Assembly: GCF_041956535.1 (NCBI RefSeq)
Contig: NW_027192193.1
Coordinates: 636,235 to 700,234, forward strand
DNA: 64,000 nt
Reading direction: 5' to 3'
Source: Calcarisporiella thermophila CBS 279.70
Taxonomy: Eukaryota; Fungi; Calcarisporiellomycota
In this document: positions 14,014 to 30,206 of the stretch, piece after piece
Numbering within the stretch: position 1 is the first letter of the stretch
Layout of the letters: every line of letters begins with the position of its first letter
The notes under the pieces: generated by a model
Databases searched by the model: none
The model's input: the letters and a program-made list of their open reading frames with translations, nothing else
What the model was told of the DNA's origin: nothing
Translations under genes and position numbers: made by a program

Positions 14014-15189
14014 TTAAACTTCTTCATTTTGCTTTTCGGAATTCTTGCTGGGCTTCCCAAGAAACACGGTTCCAATTATATCCCATATTGTCATGACCAA
14101 GAAAATCGTCATGGAAACCACTGAAAAGAATAATGAAGTGTTGTAGAAATCACACCTAAGTATCCCAGTTTAGTATTATTTACATGGCTTTTCAGAGACT
14201 AAAGCTCTTACCATCCTGCATTTCCTCCAGGTGAGCATGGAAATCTGGCGATCTGGACAAATGCGACTATTGACCAAAGTAGGGAAAACAGTGAATCGGC
14301 TAATAACTGCGCAGAGCGAGGGATAAGGCGACGATGCTTGAGCAATCGCAGCGCAATATCTAGCACTTGAGCTAAACTAGTCAGGATGGAAACGCTACCG
14401 ACGATGTAGCTCACATACACCAGGGCAGGGGTGTCAAAAGGAATAGGTTGATTCGAACGCTGGCGATGATTACACAATGAATTAAAACCACAATACCTGA
14501 GAATTCCAATGTAAAGATAAACTTACCGGACCTGCACCCAGTATAAATCCTAGAGCACCAACACTACTGAAAAAGCATAGGGCCCGTCCGAGCAGTCTCC
14601 AGAAAAGGGGCTGGCGCCACATATCTACCATTTTTGATCCTTGATACTCACTATTTCTCCGAATCGGATCGTACTTATACTCGTTATCATTCGCCGGACG
14701 CGGACTTAAAGAATGGCTGGGCATGGGTGACGAATCTGCCTTCTCTTCTTGATCATTCTCGGACGCGGTAGATTGTGCTAAGGGCTGTAATGCCTGTATT
14801 ATTGACTGTGAAGGCCGTGCTGGAGGTTGTAATGGCTGTGCTTGTGCCTCCAATGACTGTCTTAAAGGCTGTGGAGGCCGTTCTAGAGGTTGAAATGGTT
14901 GTGCTTGAGACTCTAATGGCTGTGCTTGTGCTGAGTACATCTCTTGTACGATATTTGTGCTGGTATGAGGAAGATTGGCAATTCTGGACGATGGAAAGGT
15001 AGATGGGCTTCCTATGACGAGGCTCGGCCCAGCAGCCACTCCGGATGTCTTATCGCTTAAGTGTTCAACTGTGATAGAGTTACGACCTCCAAAATGGGTT
15101 GGATCGGGCATCGATATGCTCCATGGGACTGAGGGTATCGGATTTGGGTATCGCTCTTCAGTTTTCTCCTCGTATATCGAAAAAGACAT
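14014..15189 (-). CDS. Four-TM MARVEL/CASP-like membrane protein with a long Pro/Gln-rich N-terminus
   Basis: Four hydrophobic segments; loop CSPGGNAGWCDFY; two GT-AG introns; family assignment from topology only. Confidence 0.6.
14775..14935 (-). repeat. Degenerate 21-nt (7-aa) tandem repeat inside the CDS
   Basis: QAQPLES QAQPFQP LERPPQP LRQSLEA QAQPLQP PARPSQS IIQALQP. Confidence 0.7.
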
Positions 15190-15599
15190 ATGTGAATATC
15201 AATACAAAGATTAAGTATAGTATTTGCAAACCAATGTTGAAAACAACTTTCGTTTTCCCAAAGCTTGTACATTTTTATATGCCAAGTTTCGTTTTAAAGC
15301 AAAGGTTTTTTTTCTAGAATGCTTGATTTCTTGTATTGCTTGGCATTGTGTGCTCTCTCCTAGAGCTAATTCGGAAAAGACAAGGATTTGTGCAAGGGAT
15401 TTTTTTAGTCCGCTTCGGAGTTATTTATAATCATTCTATATGATCAGGCATACAGTTTAATCTGGTGCTTTCCGTAATCACCTCCTATTAATATTATATC
15501 ATGCTCAGGATACAAGAAAAAACTATTTGTACCCTTAAGAGTGGAATTTATCATGAGATAATGCCATGTTTGACTATAGAATATGCTTTCTAAAAATAG

Positions 15600-17426
15600 C
15601 CTATAAAAATGGCTCGATTTTGCTGCACAGCAAATGCTTTATATTCAGATTCATTCCTCACTCTGCTAAGAAATAGAGCAAGTTTAGTTTACTTTCTGTA
15701 CAGAGGAAAAGCAAAATCATTTACAATTATTAATTTTTTGGTATTAGAATCTTCCATAAGGAATCTATCGTCATTCCCTTTAACTATTCAAATATCATTG
15801 GTGTCTGAGTAATAACCAAAGCGGATATTTAACTGGTGAATATGACAAAACGCTTTCTGTATGCATTCCAAGATGCACTGAAGTTGCGCTAAAATATATC
15901 CCCGCCCAATGCTGTATCAACTTTGGCTTTAAGGCAGAGCATGGAATACCTGCAATTGCAATCGAGTTTCCCGTTTATACACGGTATTTCTTTGTTCGTT
16001 ACTTGAGAGCGCAACATCAACTCTCTCACTTTCATTTTCATCTACAAAAATCGATGCTACGTCGCTTCATTTATATTTCAAGAGGTATAGGCGAATAAAA
16101 CCCTAAAGTCCAGGTAAAGCGAAGGCTGCCATATACCAACTGTTGCTGATCGGTATTAACTGCAGATTGATTAGAGGGTTACATCTCTCGAATACTTCTG
16201 TGCATCCTGCCGAACTTTCTTTTGGAATGGCTACTACATTGCATTTTCCGAGGTTTCTCCCATTGATTGCATCAATGAGCATGCATGCTATCCTCAAAAC
16301 AGCTCCATAAATATCGCGGCTTTTTGACTAGTTTCTGCAATGATGGGACAAGAGCCCTTAAAAGCAAACGTGTTGATGTTTGCATTGCTTCTTATTAAAC
16401 CTAATATGGATTTCAGTCAGGATGCAGCTGAATGTGTCACCAGAATATCTATAACCTCCATATCAAATTGATTCTTATTGCCCTAAATAGTCTATCCGTT
16501 TTATTGAGCCAATTTTTTAGTTTCAATTGCCTGGATCCTTTTGAAAGGGCTCAATGGTCAATGAATCGGAATCGCTACTTATATTCGCATTGGTGTGTTC
16601 ATTGATCTTTGTGGCAGCATTCTCATGGTGTTTCTGCTGCGGAACTTGGTAAATAACCTAGAGATCTTCTTACCCTCCTTTAATTATTACCTGAAAAATT
16701 GTGCTTGTAGTGTGGGTCGTGATCTTCTTCGCTCTCTTGGATTGAAATGGTGTTTGCCTCGACATGAAAGGGTATCACGAATGCACCCATTGGCCGTGGA
16801 TGAAGATGTAGAACTTTGGATAGAGAGTAGTCAGCGGCCGGATTCCCCTTGACAAATTTGTGGCTGTTCAGTGAATATCCTAAGTATATTTATTCTCCTT
16901 AGTAGAATGTTATTGTGCAAATGTTAATGCACGAAAACATCACTGATCTGGAAATTTTATTTCGCGGAATCTCTTTATTGCTTCAATATGCTTCTCATGA
17001 TCTGTCTATAAATCATACAATGTTAGAATGGACCATATATTGATGTTAAAAAGAAAAAACTAATCGAAAATTTGCTCAATAATTCACTGCTGTTGCTTAC
17101 AAGCAGGAAATGGTGAAATATTTGTGGAGATACATTCATACAATGGATGTAGTGCAAAACTAGAATTAAGAGTGAGTATACACTGTGTTTGAATCGTTGT
17201 GAGCAAGGAAAACGGGCCCATGTTCCTCGACGACGTTATCATATTGAAGAATTTGCTCATCTTCCGATGGATGCGGTAGTGGGTCTGTATTAGGCTGAGG
17301 CGTCTTAGTTTGCGAAGATTGAGAGACTTCTTTCCACGGTGTGCTTGGGATCTGATTATAGGATCGAATGGCGCCCAGGAGGCAGCGTTTATGGATTGTG
17401 AACGCGGACACGAGCTGTAGGCGCAT
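15600..17426 (-). other. Orphan multi-exon locus (hypothetical protein or pseudogene); N-terminus resembles a mitochondrial presequence
   Basis: ATG at 17426 (MRLQLVSAFTIHKRCLLGAIRSY); several exon-like open segments bounded by intron signals; I could not assemble one ORF with canonical splice sites; 3' end uncertain. Confidence 0.35.
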
Positions 17427-17603
17427 TTCTAGGGCAAATGAAGATAGAACGGGATCAGGTGAGCTGGAGACTTGAATGGAGACTAGAGGAGATAAAAAAG
17501 TTGGAGGCAAGAAGAGCTAAAAGAGCCTTCTTATGCATTGACAGATGGGCGATGGGAAAAAAAAGGATGCGGTGTCCTTCCATTTCGAGATTAAGCCTAG
17601 TTG

Positions 17604-17809
17604 GATGCAGAGTAATTAATGAGAGTTGACGGACAGTTTTGGCCAATGGGTCGGGGGATTTCCTGCTTGCTTTCTAGAAGTTGGGCCTCGGGCTTTGCAG
17701 CCTAAAACCGCATCTCGGCCGCAGGTGGATCTCAGTGAGTAGGATTTCCCCGGCAGATACGCCGTGCTCTCTTTTGTTGGGTTTGTTGGGCCTGTGTTCG
17801 AATTGCATC
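17604..17809 (+). ncRNA. Candidate structured non-coding RNA of unknown class
   Basis: 20-bp stem 17650-17671/17734-17754 with five G.U pairs and no A.C mismatch; nested outer stems 17621-17632/17762-17771 and 17604-17610/17803-17809; apical multibranch loop. Confidence 0.4.
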
Positions 17810-17881
17810 ATTCAAGTTTTCAAGCACAAAATGAAATTTATTCCAAAATGATAAACTATCTATATTCTTCCTTCCTTGGGG

Positions 17882-20800
17882 TTAGTTAGCGAGCGAGTGT
17901 TTCCATTTAGTCTCAGTCCATCGCGGCTGCTCCACTGGCTCATACACTTGAGGGGGAAGCGCAGGGCTCGTGGCATTAATCTAGGAGAAATGCGCAAAGC
18001 CGGTTGGTCTGCAATGGTCAGACAGAAAAGGAATGAACAAATCTCTCGTCTTACCGGAATTTCCACTGGCATTAATTTGAATGGTTTGAACACCTCCGGA
18101 ACGCTTGTTTTCATCCGCTCCAGCAATTCTTCAAGCATGGTTTGGAGTACACTGGCCTTATCTTGTTGATCAAAGACAATAAGAGCTTTACAAAGGGACC
18201 CGACATCGGCTGCATTTTTCAATTGAGGTTCGTTAATGATCAAAAATTGACACATTCTGAGAATTAAGGGGAAACTTACATTTCATTGCGTCAGTTCGGC
18301 CCATCAGTCTTCTAAGAGAATCGACAAGGTATTCCTCCTCGTATATACTTCCTTTCTTACCACGCAATTTTTTCCGTTCTTCGCGGCGTCGACTCTTGCT
18401 GCTTTTGCTATAATATCCAGGAGTTACATAAATTGAATCCTATGCAATTCTGCAATATCAATGAAACTTACCCGCTCTTACCCGAGGCCGAGGATAGCTG
18501 TGTTGTCGTGGTAACAGCGGTATATCGCGTAAATTGGCTTACCATAGAGGTAGTGTCGGACAGAATGTCGACGTTATCCAGGGAATCATCGGGTGGGAGT
18601 TCTATAACACGGGTTAAATAACTATTAGTCGGAGAAATAATGAGAGATGAAATCAAGGAATCACCTGGCTCTTCCGCTTTCTTCTTGCGAATCTCCTGTA
18701 GCCGTGAGGTCTGCTTCTCAAATTGTTCTTTCATGTCTTGGATATCTTCGCTCATCTGTGCAAACCCTTCCACCAGGCCAGGCTTCACGTGTGTTTCAAT
18801 CAAATCTTCGCGATTACAGCGCAAAGACTAAACATAAAGTGATGAGCCAACAGGATATTTGGACTACATTAATATGAAATCCTTACGATGCGAATAGATT
18901 CCTGCCACTGATAAGCTTTCAAGAGCATGGATACTGCTTCTTCAGGGTCCTGGAGAGAGTTCGAGTTAACGTAGAATTCAACTTATCAAGTGTGAGCTAG
19001 TTTACCTCAAGGTAGTCCAAAAGTACCGTCGCAGCGTCACGATATTGGCGTTTGTCATAGAGATGTGCTGGTGTAAATTTGGCGGGGGTTAAAGGCATAT
19101 TTGATATACAGGATAATACCGAAAAGATATTTACCAACAATCTCGCGTCCAATTTCATTGATATTCTCACTGGTTAACTGTAAACGTTTTGCTAATGAGA
19201 AAACTTCGCGCCAGGCGCCGCTTTGCTTATACGAGGACAACGCACTGGTAAGCTCGCCAGCCAGTTCAAAGCCTTTACAAAATTACTCAGAAACAGTTAA
19301 GTGTACGAATAAAGATTAAAGTAGGTAGGTTCAATCTATTACTGATGGCCGCCTCTTCATATTTGGACTCGCGCATTTGACTTTCTCCATATGCAATAAG
19401 GATTCGCTATAATGTAGAGAGGGTTAATCAATATAAATAAATTCATTCTTAGCATATATATTAGTGATACATGCTTTTCGTTTCTCGGATTTGCCTGAAT
19501 AAAGTTTAAGAGCCGCAAGATATAGATTGTGCTGTTGCATATACCGTATGAGCTCGTCAAAATGTTCCTCACCTAATGCACAGATAATAATATTCAAAAG
19601 GCTCGTTAGTAGCTCAATTATTCCTTACAAAGAATCAGCATCAATACCAGCCAAACTGAGATTGGTTAAAGCTTTGGTGTATCGTTTCAGGTAATCATCA
19701 ATTCGATACCTCCGGTAATATTGTTCCAAACTTTGAAGCTCCTTCAAGAAAGCTAAATATTCTCGTGGATCCTATAGAATAGTAACCCGAATGCACGCAA
19801 GAAAAAAATCAATTAATTATACGCCAAAAAAAATCAAATTTAGGGACATGAGTACCAACCTTTTGAGATTGCTGAGCTACCATCAAAACGAGACTAAAGT
19901 CGTACATTCCAAGCGCGACATCATAAAGACTATCGGCGTCTACCAAGAATATCGCGTATTTGAGGGCATCTTCAGCTAAAGAGGGGTTTTCAACTACAAT
20001 AAAAGGAATAATTGTTGTGATAATGTGCATGGAGCATAACGCATGAATTGCTGGTAGTATACCTTTGAGTTCTGCAAGAACTTCAAGTGCCGATTCAAGA
20101 TCCGGGGGAGTTTTCCGCACAAATGCAGTAAGGATGGACTGGATGTATTTCTTCACATCTTTTGTTTGTAGAATCGATCGCACGGCATCACATATACGAT
20201 TTATTTTGTCGGCACTTTCAGTTCTATTCGAAAAATAATACCATATTGTTCAAGACACAACTTCATGTCAATATTCTCATTCTTAGTACTTACTTCTTCG
20301 TCTCAGTTGGCGCTTGTGCAACCCGGAAAGGATAAAGAGTCGTGGTGACATCTTCATTTCTGGATAAAGATATAGCAAAATTAGAAGTTTGTGTTAGAAA
20401 AATAGCCCATCCAAAACATGTTAATTATATTTACCTCAGACTTGAGAGGAAGAGATTAAGGTGCTCGACTTCAGGGATTTGTGTCACAAATAAATCGATG
20501 TTATCCATAAAGGCGTCCAGGTTGTAATCACAAATAATGTTCATGTCGATCCGATGTTTGCGACATAAAACAAAAGCATCGTGATATTTCAATCTAATAT
20601 TCAATGGGAGGTGAGTAAGTTGTTTCACAAAAATACAACCCAAAACAAATTTACTCCTCTAGTGCCCGTCTAACCAGTGACAGTACTAAAGCCCTAGGGG
20701 ATATCGTTTCCAAATTGCCCCGAGGCATCTATTAAAAGAAATACAATGGGAGTAAAAAAAAAAGAGCTCAGAGACATCAAAAGGGCGCATACCTGTAGAA

Positions 20801-23755
20801 CCAAATTGACTGCAGCCGGCACAGCAAGCACTATCCGAGAACCGCGCTCAACACGCCTGCTCATCTCATCAAATGGGAGGGATAGACTATCTACCAATTT
20901 AAACTCTGAAGATAATGGCAAATATACTGAGTTTAAAGCATTACGGTGTAAAAACAAACAAAAAAATACCATCTTCGCTGGAAGCAAAGGGTATAAATCG
21001 CACACGATGACTTGAAGTTGTAAAAATTAGGTAGTCGTTATGGATGAAAAACGAGTTGCACTCTGATGAGAGCAGTTTTTCATTGGCATAGAGTCGATTG
21101 CGGTTGTTTAATCCAATTACAACCATCTGGAAATCACATTTTTCAATAAGTAAACAAAACTCCTCTGCTTTAACTTTAACTAATATACCTTTTGTGTTGA
21201 TGGATTCGGACCGATACGAGTAGTACCAATCCATTGGCAAACTTCAGGAAATTCATTTGAGGATGCGCATGGGGTGATTTCCAAATCATCCGCACTTATT
21301 GAGACTGTTTAAGAGATATTTTTAAATAAATAATCAGAGTTACATAGCCGCACCATACATACGAGTTGCCTACCTTGTGCAAGCGTGCAATCTGACATTT
21401 CTACCAAAGTATCATTATACGCCGCGCTATGATAGATGCGAATAGCTGGACTCGGGAGTGCGTATCTTTTAAAGTATTTAACGCTAGGGCCATTTTCCCA
21501 CGCCAAATGAACAAGTACGATAAAATCTTGGTTCTTTTCTTTGTTCCATTGCAAGAAGATAATGGATTCCCTTCCCACCCATGCAATCTGACGTGGTAAC
21601 GCAGCAAGTGATATATTCTCAAGTCTAAATCAAAAAATTTAGACAATGGAAGAATAGAGTGATTGAGGCCATGCGATAACTTACGAGATTTTTCCGAGTA
21701 GTTTGGGTGGATGTGCCGGTGGCGCTATATTGGCAGTTCTTTCAAAGAACAAAATATTATGGTCAGCAGTAAGCACAGCAATATCGTCGCCATCATTGGT
21801 CGTTCCAAACGCAACATGGGCAGCATTCGATCCGAGGTCAACTGTAAAAGCACTCATCGGTGGAGGGACATTCAGATAGCGGAAGGGAGTTAAAAGAAGA
21901 GAACCTACGGTAAGAATTAGTTAGTGATCCCATTTAAATTAACGTATCTAATTAAATTTGCAGCTGAATATTTACTCCCGTCAATGACTGCTACATGGCC
22001 GGAATTTCTGGATCCAAGCGAAGTGCTGACGAAAGTGTCCCAGCAATAATTAAATCGAGTATATTCTCCGTCTATAATGAGAAACCAAATTGAGTAAAGG
22101 TATCTGCAAATTACGATAATAAAAATGAGTTCGTACTCTGGGTTATAATATGCAAGCTTAGTGCATCTTCCGGGTCCCAAAGTAGGCCCACAATCGCACC
22201 AGAACTGTCCGAACAAAGCTCTTGTTTGAGATACCAATGATAGTTGTTCATGGTCCACAGTTGAACTAATAAGGGTGACCAAAAATAAGATATTAATTTT
22301 AAAATTTAGAATATATAAATGTATATATAAACTAACCACACGAAGTAGGGGAGCCATCGACGATCCTTTCAAGCCAAACAGCGAGAACGGTTGAATCACA
22401 ATTCCAAGCAAGATCAACCACCTAGAAAATACAAGTTTAATGTTTCAAAAAGCAAGCTGCTTAACGATTTCCCCCGACCTTATGATCAGCGGCTTCTCGT
22501 AGGGTAAATTCTCCATGACGCAAGCCGTTACGTTCAAAGAAGCAAATATCGTGGCGATGAGGAAGTCGCTGGCTTGAAGCAATCAGGTTTCCAGATGGTC
22601 TATTGAATTTTCGAAAGTTAACATTTAAATGAATTTTGTATACTAGCTAAAAATGATTGTTAGAAAATATGTACCTCCAAAAAAGTGCATGCTCCAGTCG
22701 GTCTACGGGTTCACTTGTATTCTGCAGACTTCCTTCTCTGTTATATACTCGGATCACGCGCCTGTCTAAAAAAAATCTTTGTTATTAAAAATTAAATATA
22801 ATAAAAAACTTTCAAAAATGCAAACTTTTTGTCTCGTCTAGGACTGAGCATGCGAAAAAAGCACCATCTCCTCTCCATGAAACACGTGGGCGTCTATCAT
22901 CGTCTTCAGAAGCCATGAAAGCACTCTGATCGATCTTGCGTAAAGCAGCTTGTTTGCCCTCTGAGCCATGAAACTGTGTCTCTTTACGACCCCATCCAAC
23001 ACTAACACTCACAGCTACAATATCATAGTCAATAACACTGATTATTGCAGATCAGTTAAGTCCACAGGGGAAAAGCATACCCTCTCCGGTCTCGTTTGTG
23101 TGGATAGGAAATTCGGTAATTGTATCAAACTCTTTAGTCATTTCAAGTAAATTGCCATTGCCTGAGCGAAGGAACGTAAAGATACATGAAGTTTAATCGA
23201 AAATTTAAAGAGGGCATCTCTACAAATTTACCTGTTATTAGAACCACCAATTCTTCGTCTGGACTCCATTCCATTGCCAAAATACCATTTTCTACAGCGC
23301 CCATAACCTCAACCTTAAAGAAAATGTTAGGGTTCAAAACTCTCGAGCAATATTTTTCGTAAATAAGGGGAACTAACCGATTCTCCATGCGTTGGGGGTT
23401 CTTTGTGTATAAGAATAATATCGCCATTGATAAGGGCAATACAACATGCTTGCAACTCAGGTAAATACTTTAGCCCCACAATTCCGTCGTTTTCGTCTTG
23501 TAGAGGCAGAGTGCAAATCTCAGCAAGAGTCTAGTGATATGAAATAAGAGGATAAGTGCTCTATAGTTAATTGCATAAAATTTTTGGCAATACCTGCTGC
23601 GACAGCTTCACTACATGCACTGCTCCGTCATAGTCGGCAAATGCAAAGTAAACATCGCTGGTGTCTGTATCAATGCTTATATGAGCTTGCGAATCGATGG
23701 CCTGTCCATTATTGATCGCAGAAGAAATCTGCGAGAGAAGCGACAAACTCCTCAT
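17882..23755 (-). CDS. ELP1: Elongator complex subunit 1 (IKI3 family); more than 20 exons
   Basis: [27 protein letters not shown]-like [38 protein letters not shown], basic C-terminal [11 protein letters not shown]. Confidence 0.95.
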
Positions 23756-23922
23756 TGTAGAATGCTTCAAGCAAGTTCGAAGTACGAGCAAATTAATTGA
23801 AAATAAACAAGTCAAGGAAATATTCGTGACTGCCAATCGTTTTCTGACGTATATCGCGTATACTCGCGCCTTTTTTCCTTTGATCAATTGGTGATTTCTC
23901 GGAGACTCCACTCCTCCAGACA
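23756..23922. promoter_or_regulatory. Compact bidirectional promoter region between ELP1 and CUL4
   Basis: Head-to-head start codons 167 bp apart; CGCG-containing motifs near 23850-23870. Confidence 0.6.
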
Positions 23923-27325
<3,403 letters not shown>

Positions 27326-27580
27326 CAAGTTGGCCCTGTATTTTCATTACTAGAGTTTGTTTCTTGTCCTTTTGCTGGTATATTGGTGGTATTTGTATTT
27401 TATTTTGCCTTTTTTTAATTTCATAAGTTTTGAATGAAAATTTTCGATTTTAAGTGACGTGCAACAGTTTTTATAAAGTCACTTGTTCACGTTTCTCTTC
27501 ATACTTTCTGCCAAGTTGACATATATCTAATAGCCACAAAAAGCACATTTGAATTTAATTATAATATTCAGTGTAATGCA

Positions 27581-29432
27581 ATGTATCAACCTTTCTTGCG
27601 AGAAGGGGAAAATGACACAATCGAGGTGATTTTCTTTAACCTAGAATTCTGTAGTCTTTTCTTTTGGCTCTATTATATGAACTAAGGTCATCAATTATAA
27701 ACCGTGGTTTAATTTTTCTTCTTTCATCCTACTAGCCACATTGGGATGATGTACTTCGCTTCCCTGCATCCCGGTTTCGGCCACCAATCTCTCATAACAG
27801 ACGTGACTCCGCCACAGCCTCTTTTTACGATACATCCGATGGGGAGGATGACGAGGAAAACCGAAATGTTGAACAGAGGAGACCACTACTCGGAGGGAAT
27901 CCCATGCATCCTTCTAGAAAACTTGTTTCAAAACTAACCAAGACATTATGGAAAAGAGCCTTTGTTTTGAATCTATTCCCTGCAGCTGTGGTAAGGATAG
28001 ACTTTAGACTTTATATCCATGCTTCTTGCTTTGGGCTAATTTATTGGAAAAGGCTGTCGCTTGGTGCTCAATTCCTTTGCCCTTCAAATATTTAGAAAAT
28101 ATGTACCCAGGCCAGCCTCCAGGAAATAGAACTTACTCTGATGCGATTACACTAATGGATTTAAAGGAAGGAACTTGCAATGGCGATCCAGAAGACGATT
28201 TAATTAACATCAACTTTTGGTTTTTCCTATTTTTCTACTTTGGCTTCTATAACGCAATTGCTCTCCTACTCATCACCAAAATATTCAATATCTATTCACT
28301 TAATTGGTGGCCAAAATCACTTGGGGGCAGAACGGCCTATCTTATTTTTTGGCTACTTTCGCTTGGTGGAGGCGTTATTATCCATTATTTCACTCGGTTG
28401 GAGCAATACAATTTAACCTGGGTTTTCAACACATTTGGCACAATGACTATACCTCCTGTGCTCTCCATAATCTTAATCCACCGCCAGAGCCGCAATATAT
28501 ACCGTGGAGCCCTTACAGAAGCACAAAAGACGTTTTCAACAACAAGTGAATCGTTAATGCCTGCTTCCTACAAGAGATTCCTTTGGTTTTGTCTAGCATT
28601 GTTTATGCTTCTTGTGTCGTTGGTGGCGGGTGAAACCTACACTTACATATTCATTAATTGGCCACCAAATTCGAGTTTGGAGACCTTCATATATGTGTAC
28701 TCATGGGTAGCTACTATTTATTTACTTGATGCAATTGCGGAATACGTGGTGGAATATCGCGTCAAATCTTATCCATTGCTCACGCTGTTCAAACTCTACT
28801 TTTTCACGGTGTATTTTGTATTCTACCGCAACCTTTTTGCTCAGTTTAGAAGTCCCCAGCAGTTCGCTTGGATTCAGGCAGGTGCTTCGCTGTGGGTTTG
28901 CATTTTCTATCCCATTTGCATGACCCGCACCACTCACTGGCTGCTAGTTCGACTTGTTGGCCTCCGGCGATCTTATGAAGAATACAAATTGATGATAGGG
29001 AGATCCTTCTATCTACGCAATTTAGCAGAAAATACGACTATGATTGCATTCTTATGTTGGGTAACAATACTACATTTCGGGCCAAACCGTGCTGTTTACC
29101 CATATTTCCAGTTTTGTGGTGAGTTTCATCTCCTCAATTTATTTCAAAATCTTTGGCTTTAATCACACATTCATATAATAGCATCCAACAACATCAACTT
29201 TAACTTTACACTGTTTGCCTCGTTGGTGGTTTGGTCAAATGAATTGGCAAGTAGCTTTGTGACTCGCCTTATATTTCGACACTTGTTTCGGCTGGATGTG
29301 ACTCGAGAAGCAATTCACGATTTCAAACGCTATCCAGATCTAATAGTTGCTCTGGTGCTAGTGATGATCCACGTCATGCAAGATATGCTCTTTGCGTTGT
29401 TGAAACTAAGCGGATTAAGCACACATGCATAA
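27581..29432 (+). CDS. Uncharacterised multi-pass membrane protein (roughly 10 or more TM segments)
   Basis: Four exons joined in frame; many hydrophobic segments; acidic N-terminus with EQRRPLL dileucine-like motif. Confidence 0.75.
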
Positions 29433-30206
29433 TTCCTCTCTTTTTATTTTGCGACTTTTTATATATTGTATCCTGTGCTTTTTGCTATCAAAAGTAAAGC
29501 ATCTATAGAAGAGTATCTCCCCCTTCTTCCAATTATATTCCACATATTTTTGCTTGATTTTCCCCCTTTTGACCACTTGTTCTATAAAGCACCCTTTTTA
29601 TTCTTATGTTTTATACGCATTGTTTATTCCCCATTGCTATTAATAAAACACTTGATATTTTTTGAATTCTCCGGCCTTATCTTTTTGATTCGTGCAGAAG
29701 CATCCGCGTAGTCCCGAATTAAAAATGGGTGAAAATAGGTATAATATAAAGCTTTACATGAACTTGTGAATAAATTGCAGGATGCTTCTCTCTTTATATG
29801 AGAAGACTTCCTGTAAACACAATTCAGATAACATATATGTAAGTTTGTTAAAAATTAAGTGAGAATAAGAGAGGTTCACTAAATGAGATATCCAGCTGGT
29901 TCTCATTTTAAAATACACTGGCTTATGACACCTACTAATTTATCCTCTTAATATTCAGTATTTTGCAAAATACTGAGTATATTAAGAAGAAAAATATTAA
30001 GAAGAAGTAGCCTGTCCGATATACAGTTGTACACATTCGTAAGCTTTAAATTGGAATTTGAATACATATCGGGACATACCCCTTACTTCGAATAATCTTA
30101 TTTCTACGTTGCTCAGTCGGTAACTTAGAAATATCTTTGAGTTATACAACAAAGATTGAATTTTATAAATCAACCTAAATAATATTATACAAGTAACAAG
30201 AATAAC

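Noticed and set aside
19064-19132. ATATCTTT...CCTTTAAC...AC in ELP1, resembling a U12-type AT-AC intron
   Set aside because: The AT-AC join runs into a stop. The overlapping GT-AG join gives the in-frame IVAHLYDKR.
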